Assembly: GCA_021850805.1 (NCBI GenBank)
Contig: JAJZKO010000002.1
Location: 39,520-103,519, forward strand
Source: Candidatus Micrarchaeota archaeon
GTDB lineage: Archaea; Micrarchaeota; Micrarchaeia; Micrarchaeales; CABMGC01
Direction: 5' to 3'
DNA: 64,000 nucleotides
In this document: positions 1 through 9,344 of the stretch, piece by piece
How the letters are laid out: every line of letters begins with the position of its first letter
Position numbering within the stretch: the stretch's first letter is position 1
Program-made: the position numbers and the translations under genes
Notes under the pieces: model-generated
Databases searched by the model: none
The model's input: only the letters and a program-made list of their open reading frames with translations
Told to the model about the DNA's origin: nothing

Positions 1-124
1 CGGAGGAGTCTGCCAACTCGGCACGTGTCCTCCTGCGAACAGGTGCGAGACAGCAATATCTTGCTCTTCGGCCTGCATTTCTGCAGGCGCAACAACCTGC
101 GATGTATGTGTAAATCTGATCGTA

Positions 125-388
125 GTGCAGCTCTGCCAGCTAATAGAAAGGATAAGGCTCGCCGCTGGGTCGTTTGCATTGCTGCTCTTTATATTTGGCG
201 GCATGCTCTTCGCCGCAGCGCATATGCTTCCTCAAAATCTGCGCAACATGCTTCACGGATTTGCCGTAGCGATGATAGTAGCAAGCGTAATATCCTTGGC
301 CATAATGATACTTGCCGGACCAATAATTACTGCAATAGCAAACCCTGGAAATATTCCTGTGGCGTCATGCAGCACTGTTGCGCTTTAG
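125..388 (+). CDS. possible small membrane protein (two hydrophobic helices); uncertain
   Basis: The translation has two long hydrophobic stretches (FALLLFIFGGMLFAAA, FAVAMIVASVISLAIMILAGPII). The start is GTG, and the frame stays open to the left window edge. A minus-strand frame is also open to the edge, so coding status is ambiguous. Confidence 0.25.
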   Translation: MQLCQLIERIRLAAGSFALLLFIFGGMLFAAAHMLPQNLRNMLHGFAVAMIVASVISLAIMILAGPIITAIANPGNIPVASCSTVAL

Positions 389-1504
389 CTAATCAACCAG
401 CATGAACCTGTCCATCTTTCCTTCCAGATTCTTCTTCTTGGATGCGTGATCCGAAAGGAATCCATTAATCCTCTTTGCAAGATCTTTTTTATGCTCTCCT
501 GCAAGGAGGCTTCCGTCCCGCTCCATCTTAAGTATTTTCTCCAGCTTTGCATCGTCAGGTTCGAATAGGAACGTATAATATTTGCATACTGCACATTTTT
601 CCGGATCTCCGCCTAATTCTTTCTGCAGCTCTGCCGTAGACTGCTGCCCGGTTATTGCCATATTGACTTTTTTCCTCACAGTCTCCTCATTGTCGCTTAA
701 GTATATTGTGTTCTTCGGATCGCTCGATGACATCTTAGGTCTCCCGTCCAGGCCAGGCAGGAACTTGGAATGCATTATTGCAGGCTTGTAATAGCCAAGT
801 TTTGGGAGAACATCACGCGCAATACGAAAATGAACATCCTGGTCTATTCCTAGAGGGATAAGGCATGGTACATTCCTGCCCTTCTCCAGAGACCCGAGCA
901 TTGCTGGAACCGCCTGCATGCTCGTATAAAATATGGTGCCTACATTGGTCTCATTTTTGAATCCAAAAGCGTCCTTAACCATAGAAAACGTTATATGTTT
1001 TGCTATTCTTACCGCATTCGTGTAGAGCGTCTTTGCATAATCTGTATTTACGAAGATCTTTGTATTCTTCTCATCGAATCCCAGCGCCGCTATATCCATT
1101 GCGTCCTCGTATGCAAGCCTGTGCGTATCCTCAAAACCGATTCCGCTCCTTGCCAGTGCCTTCTCCTCGTCAGGTATCTCTATTATAACTTCCGCGCCAA
1201 ATTTCTTCTGCAGCCACTCTGCCATCAGAAACGGCACCAGGTGTCCGAGGGTCATCCTGCCTGATGGCGCAATGCCCGTATATACATAAAATTTCTCTCC
1301 GGCTTCATACCTGTCAAGCAACCATCCAAGGTCCCTATCGGCAAAGAAGATACCGCGATCAATCATAAAATTTGAGCTTCCAGCAAGTCTCTCAAGGCGT
1401 TTCCTGAGAGTCTCGCTTATCCTCTCCACGCCGAATCTGGCAATAAGCTTGTCATAGTCAACACTGCCCTCCACTTCGTACGGCGTAACACTGAATTCTG
1501 CCAT
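389..1504 (-). CDS. trpS: tryptophanyl-tRNA synthetase (archaeal/eukaryal type)
   Basis: 371 aa. Class I aaRS signatures are present: a PSG..TLGHL HIGH-like motif and the KMSSS variant of KMSKS. The N-terminal VDYDKLIARFG motif is typical of TrpRS. Confidence 0.85.
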   Translation of the reverse strand: MAEFSVTPYEVEGSVDYDKLIARFGVERISETLRKRLERLAGSSNFMIDRGIFFADRDLGWLLDRYEAGEKFYVYTGIAPSGRMTLGHLVPFLMAEWLQKKFGAEVIIEIPDEEKALARSGIGFEDTHRLAYEDAMDIAALGFDEKNTKIFVNTDYAKTLYTNAVRIAKHITFSMVKDAFGFKNETNVGTIFYTSMQAVPAMLGSLEKGRNVPCLIPLGIDQDVHFRIARDVLPKLGYYKPAIMHSKFLPGLDGRPKMSSSDPKNTIYLSDNEETVRKKVNMAITGQQSTAELQKELGGDPEKCAVCKYYTFLFEPDDAKLEKILKMERDGSLLAGEHKKDLAKRINGFLSDHASKKKNLEGKMDRFMLVD

Positions 1505-1668
1505 AATATATCAAATGGATTTCTATTAATTATTATATAAATATGCAATCATTACAATCATACGTGCATAGTATCCGCACAGTGGCGCTACACAAAGCCT
1601 CTGCATACTCAGCGGGTGCAATGCCGCACTTCTTGTTAACCTATATCCAGGGAAAGGGAAATCATAGC

Positions 1669-1680
1669 AAAATATATAAG
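1669..1680 (+). promoter_or_regulatory. TATA-box-like element upstream of rpoH operon
   Basis: The sequence aaaatatataag lies about 40-60 nt upstream of the candidate rpoH starts. It sits in the only sizeable non-coding gap before the rpo operon. Confidence 0.4.
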
Positions 1681-1717
1681 CTTTTCCTGAAAAAGGAGAT
1701 TTATCAACGCTAGCGAA

Positions 1718-1969
1718 TTGCTAATTTTAGGTGTAGCCTTGGCGCCGACGAGCGAGCACGAATTAGTACCTATACATGAACTACTGAATGAAGAAGAAGC
1801 TCAGAAACTTCTATCTGAACTTAAGGTAAAGCTACAGAACCTTCCGAAGATACTCGATACCGATCCACAGTCGAAGAAGCTTGGTGCCAAGCCAGGACAG
1901 ATAATAAAGATATCGCGCAACGATAGGGGAAACAAGTACACCTATTACAGGCTGGTTGTTGAGGAATAG
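1718..1969 (+). CDS. rpoH: DNA-directed RNA polymerase subunit H (Rpo5)
   Basis: The core HELVPIHELL...LPKI...DP......GAKPGQIIKISR....G...YYRLVV matches archaeal RpoH. The start is TTG at 1718, or possibly TTG at 1739. The gene is followed directly by the rpoB genes. Confidence 0.85.
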   Translation: MLILGVALAPTSEHELVPIHELLNEEEAQKLLSELKVKLQNLPKILDTDPQSKKLGAKPGQIIKISRNDRGNKYTYYRLVVEE

Positions 1970-1979
1970 GTGCGAATAA

Positions 1980-3452
1980 ATGGAACCGATAATGCTTAGG
2001 TCATATCTAGAGTCTAATTCTCTCGTACAGCATCAGATAGAGAGCTTCAACAGGTTTGTGGACTTCGGTGCACAGAAAATAGTCAACAGGCAGAGCACAA
2101 TAGAGCCAAGCGTGGAGGGATTCGCCTTAAGGCTTGGGAAAGTAAGGCTTGACAAGGCCTCAATAATAGAGGCAGACGGATCACGACGTACAATAATGCC
2201 AAACGAGGCGAGACTAAGAAATCTGAATTATTCGGCGCCTGTTTTTATAGAAGTAGTGCCTGTAATAAGAGGGATAGAGAAGACGGCCTCGTTCGGAGAG
2301 GTATTTGTAGGGGAGGTTCCGATAATGGTGCGCTCAAACCTCTGCCATCTCAAGCAGCTGCCGCAGTCACAGGCAATAGAATACGGGGAAGACCCTGAAG
2401 ACCCTGGCGGATATTTTATAATAAAAGGAGTCGAGAGAGTGCTCATAGGGCTTGAGGACATCGCATCAAACCGTATAATAACGACAAGGGAGAAGGGAGG
2501 CACCATTACAAAGAGCACTGTATTCTCAACTGCACCAGGATTCAGGGCCAAGTGTGTGGTCTCAAGGACCCAGTCAGGCATGTTCGCCGTCGACTTCCCT
2601 ACAATATCAAAGAGTGTTGACTTCGTACTGCTCCTCAGATCCTTGGGCATGGAGCCTGCGGACATAACCAAGTACTCAGAAGACAACCATTCATTCAAGA
2701 ATGACATAATACTTAACATGGAGCTGACGCAGTCCAAGGATATAGATCCAAAGACATTCCTGGTAGAGTTCGGGAAGCTATCTGCGCCAGGGCAGGCAAG
2801 CGAATATCAGCAGAAGAGAGCCGAGACGCAGATAGATAATTATTTGCTGCCACACCTCGGGAGCGGGACGGAGGACAGGTTTGAGAAGGCCAAGTATATA
2901 ATACAGATGGCAAAGAAGGCCACTCTCGTATCGAACAGGATGGCAAGAGAAGACGACAAGGACCATTACGGCAACAAACGCGTAAAGTTTTCCGGAGATC
3001 TCATGGAAGAGCTCTTCGCATACGCATTCAGATTTTTCGTAAAGGAGGTAAAATACCAGATAGAAAGGACAAGCGCAAGAGGAAGAAAACTCAGTATACA
3101 GTCCATAATCAACCCTGATACTATAACTGAAAAAGTGCTTTACGCGATGGGTACTGGGACATGGGTCGCAGGGCAGACAGGAATCTCGCAGGTACTGGAC
3201 AGGACAAACATGATAAGCACATATACGCATCTGAGAAGGATAAAGTCCCCGCTGGCGAAGAAGCATCCTCATTTCAAGGCAAGGGACGTCCACGGAACGC
3301 AGTGGGGTAAGATATGCCCTTCAGAGACTCCGGAAGGACAGGAGGTAGGCCTTACGAAGTATCTGGCTCTCATGGCAAAGATAACTGTAGGTGCGGATGA
3401 GTCTGCCACGGAGAAGAAGATACGCGAGCTTTACAATGTGAAAGAGGTATAA
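1980..3452 (+). CDS. rpoB2: DNA-directed RNA polymerase subunit B'' (N-terminal half of split Rpo2)
   Basis: 490 aa. The N-terminus HQIESFNRFV is typical of RpoB. The ORF ends 17 nt before the B' ORF, giving a split-B arrangement. Confidence 0.95.
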   Translation: MEPIMLRSYLESNSLVQHQIESFNRFVDFGAQKIVNRQSTIEPSVEGFALRLGKVRLDKASIIEADGSRRTIMPNEARLRNLNYSAPVFIEVVPVIRGIEKTASFGEVFVGEVPIMVRSNLCHLKQLPQSQAIEYGEDPEDPGGYFIIKGVERVLIGLEDIASNRIITTREKGGTITKSTVFSTAPGFRAKCVVSRTQSGMFAVDFPTISKSVDFVLLLRSLGMEPADITKYSEDNHSFKNDIILNMELTQSKDIDPKTFLVEFGKLSAPGQASEYQQKRAETQIDNYLLPHLGSGTEDRFEKAKYIIQMAKKATLVSNRMAREDDKDHYGNKRVKFSGDLMEELFAYAFRFFVKEVKYQIERTSARGRKLSIQSIINPDTITEKVLYAMGTGTWVAGQTGISQVLDRTNMISTYTHLRRIKSPLAKKHPHFKARDVHGTQWGKICPSETPEGQEVGLTKYLALMAKITVGADESATEKKIRELYNVKEV

Positions 3453-3469
3453 TACTCAAAGGTTTTCAA

Positions 3470-5296
3470 ATGGTCAAAAAAGATGCAAAGGCATACGTAT
3501 ACATAAACGGCAAGATAATGGGTTTTGTCGATAACCCTGCCGACTTCGCAAACGAGATACGCGCCTCGCGGAGGAAGGGTATACTCTCCGGGGAGGTAAA
3601 CGTCGCTTATATGGAGAAAACAAACGAGATACACATAAATACCGATAGCGGAAGGGTCAGGAAGCCGTACATTATAGTTGAGAATGAGAAGTCAAAGCTT
3701 ACTCAGGATCTTGCGCAGAAGCTCAAGAACAAGGAGATAAACTTCAACTACCTGCTCAGGAACGGCATAGTCGAATATCTTGATGCGGAGGAGGAAGAAA
3801 ATGCCATGGTTGTTTTCAACGAGAAGGATATAAACGAAAAGACGACGCACATAGAGAGCGATCTGAGTGGCATATTCGGCTTCACCATCAACGTATCTCC
3901 TTTCCCCGAGCACAACAGCCTTGCAAGGCATGCGATGCTTGCAAACTTCACAAAGCAGGCAGAGGGACTCTACGCTTCAAATTTTAACATACGCTTCGAC
4001 TCCAGGTCTTATCTTCTCTTCTATCCCCAGATGCCCATAGTAAAGACCGCCACGTATGATTCTATAAACATGAAATCGCATCCGAGCGGACAGAATTTTG
4101 TGGTGGCGCTTTCCACTTATTACGGATACAACATGGCAGATGCAATAGTAATAAACAAGGCCGCGGTAGACCGCGGAATGGGGAGAAGCGTTTTCTACAA
4201 GACCTATTCCGATGAAGAGCGCAGATACCCGGGAGGCCAGAAAGACAGGTTCAAGCTTCCTCCGGCAACCACCGAAGGATACATGGGCGAACACGTATAC
4301 TCAAAACTGAGCGAAGACGGAATAATAGAGCCTGAGATGTCCGTGGAGGAGGGCGAGGTAATAATAGGCAAGGTGGCCCCTCCAAGGTTCCTCGAAGAAA
4401 ACCTCGGCGCAGGTGGACTTGAAGAGAAAATGAGGGACGATTCAACAATCCTCAAAGCAGGCGAGAAAGGTGTTGTGGACAGTGTAGTATTCACAGAGAC
4501 TACAGGCGCCACAAAGATCGTCAAGGTGAGGATCAGGAGCCTCAAGGTTCCGGAGAAAGGCGATAAGTTTGCAAGCAGGCACGGACAGAAGGGAGTTGTT
4601 GCACTGATTGTTCCGCAGGAAGATATGCCATTCAACAGCGATGGAATAGTCCCGGACCTTCTCCTAAACCCGCACAGCATACCCACAAGGCTTACATTCG
4701 GTCACCTGCTTGAGACACTTGCTGGAAAGGCAGGCGCAGTATCCGGCAAGACAATAGACGGCACTGCATTTGCTGAAGAAGGACCAAAGAGAATAGAGGC
4801 ATACTCAAAGATGCTTGAGGAAAGGGGATTCGAAAAATACGGCAACGAGACCCTCTACGATGGCATAACTGGCAGGCCTTTCAAGGCGCAGATATTCAAC
4901 GGAGTGGTATACTACAACAGGCTGTACCATATGGTCAGCAACAAGATACAGGTAAGGAGCAGGGGCAAGGTGCAGATACTAACGCATCAGCCCACGGAAG
5001 GAAAGGCAAGGCAGGGCGCCCTGAGGTTCGGGGAAATGGAAAGGGACGCACTTATAGGATATGGGGCCAGCCTCCTCCTGAAGGAGAGGCTGCTTGATCA
5101 GAGCGATAAGACTACAATAGCCATCTGCAAGTCATGCGGCGGCATGGGCTATTATGATCACATAAAGAGGATAACGATATGCTCCCTGTGCGGCAAGAAC
5201 GACTTCGAGGATGTAGAGATAAGCTATGCGTTCAAGATACTCCTTGACGAGATAAAGTCGCTTCACATACTGCCGACAATAAAACTGAAGGAATGA
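3470..5296 (+). CDS. rpoB1: DNA-directed RNA polymerase subunit B' (C-terminal half of split Rpo2)
   Basis: 608 aa. It contains the GDKFASRHGQKGV motif and a C-terminal zinc ribbon, CKSCGG...CSLCG. Confidence 0.95.
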   Translation: MVKKDAKAYVYINGKIMGFVDNPADFANEIRASRRKGILSGEVNVAYMEKTNEIHINTDSGRVRKPYIIVENEKSKLTQDLAQKLKNKEINFNYLLRNGIVEYLDAEEEENAMVVFNEKDINEKTTHIESDLSGIFGFTINVSPFPEHNSLARHAMLANFTKQAEGLYASNFNIRFDSRSYLLFYPQMPIVKTATYDSINMKSHPSGQNFVVALSTYYGYNMADAIVINKAAVDRGMGRSVFYKTYSDEERRYPGGQKDRFKLPPATTEGYMGEHVYSKLSEDGIIEPEMSVEEGEVIIGKVAPPRFLEENLGAGGLEEKMRDDSTILKAGEKGVVDSVVFTETTGATKIVKVRIRSLKVPEKGDKFASRHGQKGVVALIVPQEDMPFNSDGIVPDLLLNPHSIPTRLTFGHLLETLAGKAGAVSGKTIDGTAFAEEGPKRIEAYSKMLEERGFEKYGNETLYDGITGRPFKAQIFNGVVYYNRLYHMVSNKIQVRSRGKVQILTHQPTEGKARQGALRFGEMERDALIGYGASLLLKERLLDQSDKTTIAICKSCGGMGYYDHIKRITICSLCGKNDFEDVEISYAFKILLDEIKSLHILPTIKLKE

Positions 5297-5297
5297 G

Positions 5298-7877
5298 GTG
5301 CTCAACATGCAGGCTGAATTTATAGATTATATAAGATTCGGGATACTCTCCCCTGAACAGGCAAAGAAGCTTAGTGTAGCAAAGCTAAATGTACCAGACA
5401 CATACAATGAAGACGGATATCCGATAGATGGCGGCCTTCTCGACCAGCGCCTCGGAGTTATAGACCCTGGACTCATATGCAAGACATGCGGAGGGAGGGC
5501 GAAGTCATGCCCCGGGCACTTTGGGCACATAGAGCTGGTCAGACCTGTGATTCACTCTGAATTCTCCAAGGTAATACATACGCTTCTAGATGCGGTCTGC
5601 TTCAATTGCAACAGGGTAATGATAAAGGAGGCTCCCCCGAGCCCCATACCTGTCAAGGTCGTGGAGAAGCTCATCTCATCCAAAGAGGAGGAGGCTGCTA
5701 TCCTTACAGTCCCGCAGCAGGCGGAGAGCAAGAAGGATGCATCTGCAAAGATAAAACTAAGCAAAAAGTGTCCATTCTGCGGAACTCCAAAGAAGAAGAT
5801 AAAATTCTCCAGCCCGACATACTTCTATGTAGACGACTACAAGCTAAAGCCTGATGAGATAAGGGATACGCTTTCAAAGATAAGTAACGATGATCTGGAA
5901 AAGCTTGGCATAAACTCGGAGACGAGCAGGCCGGAGTGGTTCATACTCAGCAACCTGCTGGTACCTCCCGTAAACGTAAGGCCTTCCATCACCCTGGAGA
6001 GCGGGGAGAGGAGCGAGGACGACCTCACCCACAAACTTGTCGATATAATGCGGATAAACCAGAGGCTTGAGCAGAACCTAAATGCAGGCGCGCCGCAGAT
6101 AATAATAGACGATCTGTGGGAGCTGCTGCAATATCATGTGACAGCATACTTCAACAACGAGACCGCAGGCATACCACCCGCAAGGCATAGGAGCGGAAGA
6201 GCATTGAAGACTCTGGCTCAGAGGCTCAAGGGAAAGGAGGGAAGGTTCAGATACAACCTGAGCGGCAAGAGGGTCAACTTCTCAGCAAGAACCGTCATAA
6301 GCGTTGATCCCAGGCTGGACATAGACCAGGTGGGCGTCCCATACGAGATAGCCTCAAAGCTTACGGTGCCATTCTATGTAACTTCGTGGAATATGCAGCA
6401 GGCTAAGGAATTCCTCGTCCGCAAAGAATACCCTACGGCTGTCAACGTAATAACGAAGGACGGCAAGCGCAAGCGCGTAATAGACACGAACAGGGAAGAG
6501 CTTTTGGCCGCGCTTCAGGTGGGAGACATAATAGAGAGGCAGCTGAAGGATGATGATATAGCCATATTCAACAGACAGCCTTCACTCCACAGAATATCGA
6601 TAATGGCGCACAGGGTCAAGGTCCTGCCAGGCAAGACATTCAGGCTTAATTACTGCGTAACTCCGCCTTACAACGCAGATTTCGACGGAGACGAGATGAA
6701 CCTGCACATACCACAGACGCTTGAGGCACAGGCAGAAGCTAAGTACCTTATGGAAGTCCAGTACCAGATATTCTCGCAGAGAGACGGAGACGTGATAATA
6801 ACAAACAACGAAGACGGGATAACCGGCATGTTCCTCCTTACCCAGGACAGCACCAGGCTCTCAAGGGACGAGGCATCATACCTCCTCTCGCTTGCAGATA
6901 TATACGACCTTCCCAAGGCGGAGAAGGACGGGACATATGCGGGCAAAGAGATATTCTCAATGCTTCTTCCAAAAGGTTTCAACTTCCAGACAAAGACATC
7001 AATGGGGACATTCAGCATAAAGAATGGCAAGCTTGTTGAAGGAATAGTCAACAAGGATACTTACGGAAGGGGTGAAAACAGGCTGCTCATAAAAATAGGC
7101 ATGGACTATGGCCTGGAGGAGCTCAAGAAGTTCATATTCGCCTCATCAAAACTCTCTGACGCTTACGTTACCCTCGCCGGAGTTACAGTAGGGGTCAAGG
7201 AGTACATTGCCAACGCCCGCGTAGAGGAAGAGAGGGTCAAGCTCCTCAGCGAAGTCTCGGCAAAGGTCTCAGGGCTCATAGAGGATTACAAGAACAGGAA
7301 GCTCGAGCCTCTCCTCGGATACAACCTCAAGGAGTCGCTTGAGAGGATGATAATCGCAGAACTAAACCTGGCCAGGGACAAGGCAGGGGAGATGCTCCTA
7401 AAATACGAGAACAAAGACAACAGCGCACTCCAGATGGCCTTTGCTGGATCAAGAGGAAGCGTGCTTAACATAGAACAGATGTCCATGTTTCTCGGGCAGC
7501 AGTCAACCCTTAGCGGAGGGAGAATAAGGAGAGGATACTACACGGGCAGGGTGCTGCCTCACATCGTGCCAAGGGACGTAAGCCCGACAGCCAGGGGATT
7601 CGTCACTACCAACTATACAGCAGGCCTCTCTGCTATAGACCTCTTCATGCATGCAGTAGGGTCTAGAGGGTCTGAGGTGTACAAGGCGCTCCTTACCGCA
7701 AGGAGCGGATACCTATACAGGCGTCTCTCAAATGCGCTTCAGGACCTGTCCATAAAAGAAGATCTCAGCGTAAGGGATACCTCAGGAAATCTGGTGCAGA
7801 CGATATACGGCGGAGACGGCATAAGCCCTGCAAACGTTAAGTTCCTCAAGCTCGCAGGCGACGAGGCAAAAGCGTGA
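5298..7877 (+). CDS. rpoA1: DNA-directed RNA polymerase subunit A' (Rpo1N)
   Basis: 859 aa. It contains the zinc motif CKTCGG..KSCPGHFGHIEL and the catalytic NADFDGDEMNLH. ATG at 5307, preceded by GAGGTG, is a likely alternative to the GTG at 5298. Confidence 0.95.
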   Translation: MLNMQAEFIDYIRFGILSPEQAKKLSVAKLNVPDTYNEDGYPIDGGLLDQRLGVIDPGLICKTCGGRAKSCPGHFGHIELVRPVIHSEFSKVIHTLLDAVCFNCNRVMIKEAPPSPIPVKVVEKLISSKEEEAAILTVPQQAESKKDASAKIKLSKKCPFCGTPKKKIKFSSPTYFYVDDYKLKPDEIRDTLSKISNDDLEKLGINSETSRPEWFILSNLLVPPVNVRPSITLESGERSEDDLTHKLVDIMRINQRLEQNLNAGAPQIIIDDLWELLQYHVTAYFNNETAGIPPARHRSGRALKTLAQRLKGKEGRFRYNLSGKRVNFSARTVISVDPRLDIDQVGVPYEIASKLTVPFYVTSWNMQQAKEFLVRKEYPTAVNVITKDGKRKRVIDTNREELLAALQVGDIIERQLKDDDIAIFNRQPSLHRISIMAHRVKVLPGKTFRLNYCVTPPYNADFDGDEMNLHIPQTLEAQAEAKYLMEVQYQIFSQRDGDVIITNNEDGITGMFLLTQDSTRLSRDEASYLLSLADIYDLPKAEKDGTYAGKEIFSMLLPKGFNFQTKTSMGTFSIKNGKLVEGIVNKDTYGRGENRLLIKIGMDYGLEELKKFIFASSKLSDAYVTLAGVTVGVKEYIANARVEEERVKLLSEVSAKVSGLIEDYKNRKLEPLLGYNLKESLERMIIAELNLARDKAGEMLLKYENKDNSALQMAFAGSRGSVLNIEQMSMFLGQQSTLSGGRIRRGYYTGRVLPHIVPRDVSPTARGFVTTNYTAGLSAIDLFMHAVGSRGSEVYKALLTARSGYLYRRLSNALQDLSIKEDLSVRDTSGNLVQTIYGGDGISPANVKFLKLAGDEAKA

Positions 7878-8926
7878 TTATTATGGCTAAAAAATATTCT
7901 GATGGAAGGGAAGAGTTCCATGTGGAGAAGGGAGACCCTGTAGGCATGATAGCTGCGCAGTCAATGGGCGAACCTGGAACGCAGATGGTCCTCAGGGCGT
8001 TCCACCTTGCAGGGATAGAATCAACCATATCCACATCTGGACTTCCGCGTATAGCAGAGCTTGTCGATGCGAAGAAGAGCCCCGCAACACCTATAACATA
8101 TGTCTATCTTGACAAGAGCATAAACAAGGATCTCGAGAAGGTAGTCGCACTCATGAAGAAGATAAACGAGGTGCGCATGTCTACAATAATGCGCCACGCC
8201 CCGATGGAGAATTTCGGGAAGGGTCTGATAAAGATCAGCCTCAGCGGGCAGGAACTTGAGTCTGAGCAGCTTACAGCCAAGCAGGTCGCGTCAAAGCTTG
8301 CCAAGGAGCTCGAGGTGGAAGCTTACGAGAAGGATGGTGCAGTATACATAAACGCCCATACAAAGGACGCAAAGAAGATAAGGGCACTCAGCACTAAAAT
8401 ATCAAAGATGGTTGTAAGCGGCATAGAGGGCGCAGGAAAGACTACAGTGCAGAAGGATAAGAATACCGGAGAGTTCTACATAATAGCCGCAGGCAGCAAC
8501 ATAGAGAGCATAATAAACGTCGATGGTGTGGACAAATCCCGCCTTACCACTAACGATGTATTTGCAATATACCGGCTCTTCGGGATAGAGGCTGCAAGGA
8601 ATTCGATAATAAAAGAGCTTAACCAGACGCTGAAGGAGCAGAAGATATCTGTCGATGAACGCCACCTGATGCTAATCGCAGACTCTATGACAAGCGCCGG
8701 CTCGATAAAAGGTGTCGGCAGGCACGGACTGAGCGGTCAGAAAAACTCTGTCCTTGCCAGGGCAGCATATGAAGAGACGGTAAAGCACCTGATACACGCA
8801 GCCGCTTTCGGCGAGATAGATCCGATGGAAGGAGTCACGGAGAACATACTCGTAGGCAAGCAGATACCGATAGGGACAGGTTCTGTGAAGCTCGGCATCA
8901 AGACAGAGCAGCCGAAAAAGAAATAG
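7874..8926 (+). CDS. rpoA2: DNA-directed RNA polymerase subunit A'' (Rpo1C)
   Basis: 350 aa. It overlaps the rpoA1 stop by 4 nt. Conserved GEPGTQM and the C-terminal ENILVGKQIPIGTG are present. ATG at 7883 is an alternative start. Confidence 0.93.
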   Translation: MIIMAKKYSDGREEFHVEKGDPVGMIAAQSMGEPGTQMVLRAFHLAGIESTISTSGLPRIAELVDAKKSPATPITYVYLDKSINKDLEKVVALMKKINEVRMSTIMRHAPMENFGKGLIKISLSGQELESEQLTAKQVASKLAKELEVEAYEKDGAVYINAHTKDAKKIRALSTKISKMVVSGIEGAGKTTVQKDKNTGEFYIIAAGSNIESIINVDGVDKSRLTTNDVFAIYRLFGIEAARNSIIKELNQTLKEQKISVDERHLMLIADSMTSAGSIKGVGRHGLSGQKNSVLARAAYEETVKHLIHAAAFGEIDPMEGVTENILVGKQIPIGTGSVKLGIKTEQPKKK

Positions 8927-8973
8927 CTAATAAAGGTATGCGTGTAATCATAAATGCTAAAAGCGGTGTATAA

Positions 8974-9198
8974 ATGAATCAGGAAAGACCATTCGATCTT
9001 CTGAACAAGGCTGTCGGCCAGCAGGTAATGATAAAACTAAAGAACGGAGACGACATAAGGGGAAAGGTGGTCTCGTTTGACATGCACATGAATATCGTGC
9101 TTGATAATGCGGAGCAGCTTGAGGAAGGAAACCTAAAGGCAAAGATAGGGACAATGCTGCTTAGGGGCGGAAACATACTATTTATATCTCCTGCGTAA
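8974..9198 (+). CDS. Sm-like (LSm/SmAP) RNA-binding protein
   Basis: 74 aa. Sm1/Sm2 pattern: V.IKLKNG..IRG.VVSFDMHMNIVLDNAE followed by LLRGGNILFISP. Confidence 0.85.
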   Translation: MNQERPFDLLNKAVGQQVMIKLKNGDDIRGKVVSFDMHMNIVLDNAEQLEEGNLKAKIGTMLLRGGNILFISPA

Positions 9199-9212
9199 TA
9201 TATACCTCTGTT

Positions 9213-9310
9213 GGGCTTCTGGCGCAACGGTAGCGCGCCTGCATGGCATGCAGGAGGTTGCGGGTTCGAAACCGGCGATTACCTCGCCTGAGAAAATCCC
9301 GCGAAGTCCA
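9213..9310 (+). tRNA. tRNA-Ala (anticodon GGC) with ~26-nt insert in the T-loop
   Basis: - Acceptor stem GGGCTTC/GAAGTCC with a G3:U70 pair and A73.
- D-arm GCGC-AACGGTA-GCGC.
- Anticodon arm CCTGC-ATGGCAT-GCAGG.
- The T-stem GCGGG (9260-9264) pairs with CCCGC (9298-9302), but 33 nt lie between them instead of 7.
- Removing about 9271-9296 restores the T-loop TTCGAAT. Confidence 0.8.
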
Positions 9311-9344
9311 TCACCTTTTCTGCACGACACATCAGAAGGCAACA

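Noticed and set aside
25-405. 126-aa plus-strand ORF at the left edge
   Set aside because: It is Cys/Arg-rich with low-complexity composition. It overlaps both the hydrophobic ORF 125-388 and the trpS 3' end. It looks like a chance open frame. The left 388 nt remain unresolved, because a minus-strand frame beginning MQAEEQDIAVSHLFAGGH around 78 also runs off the edge.
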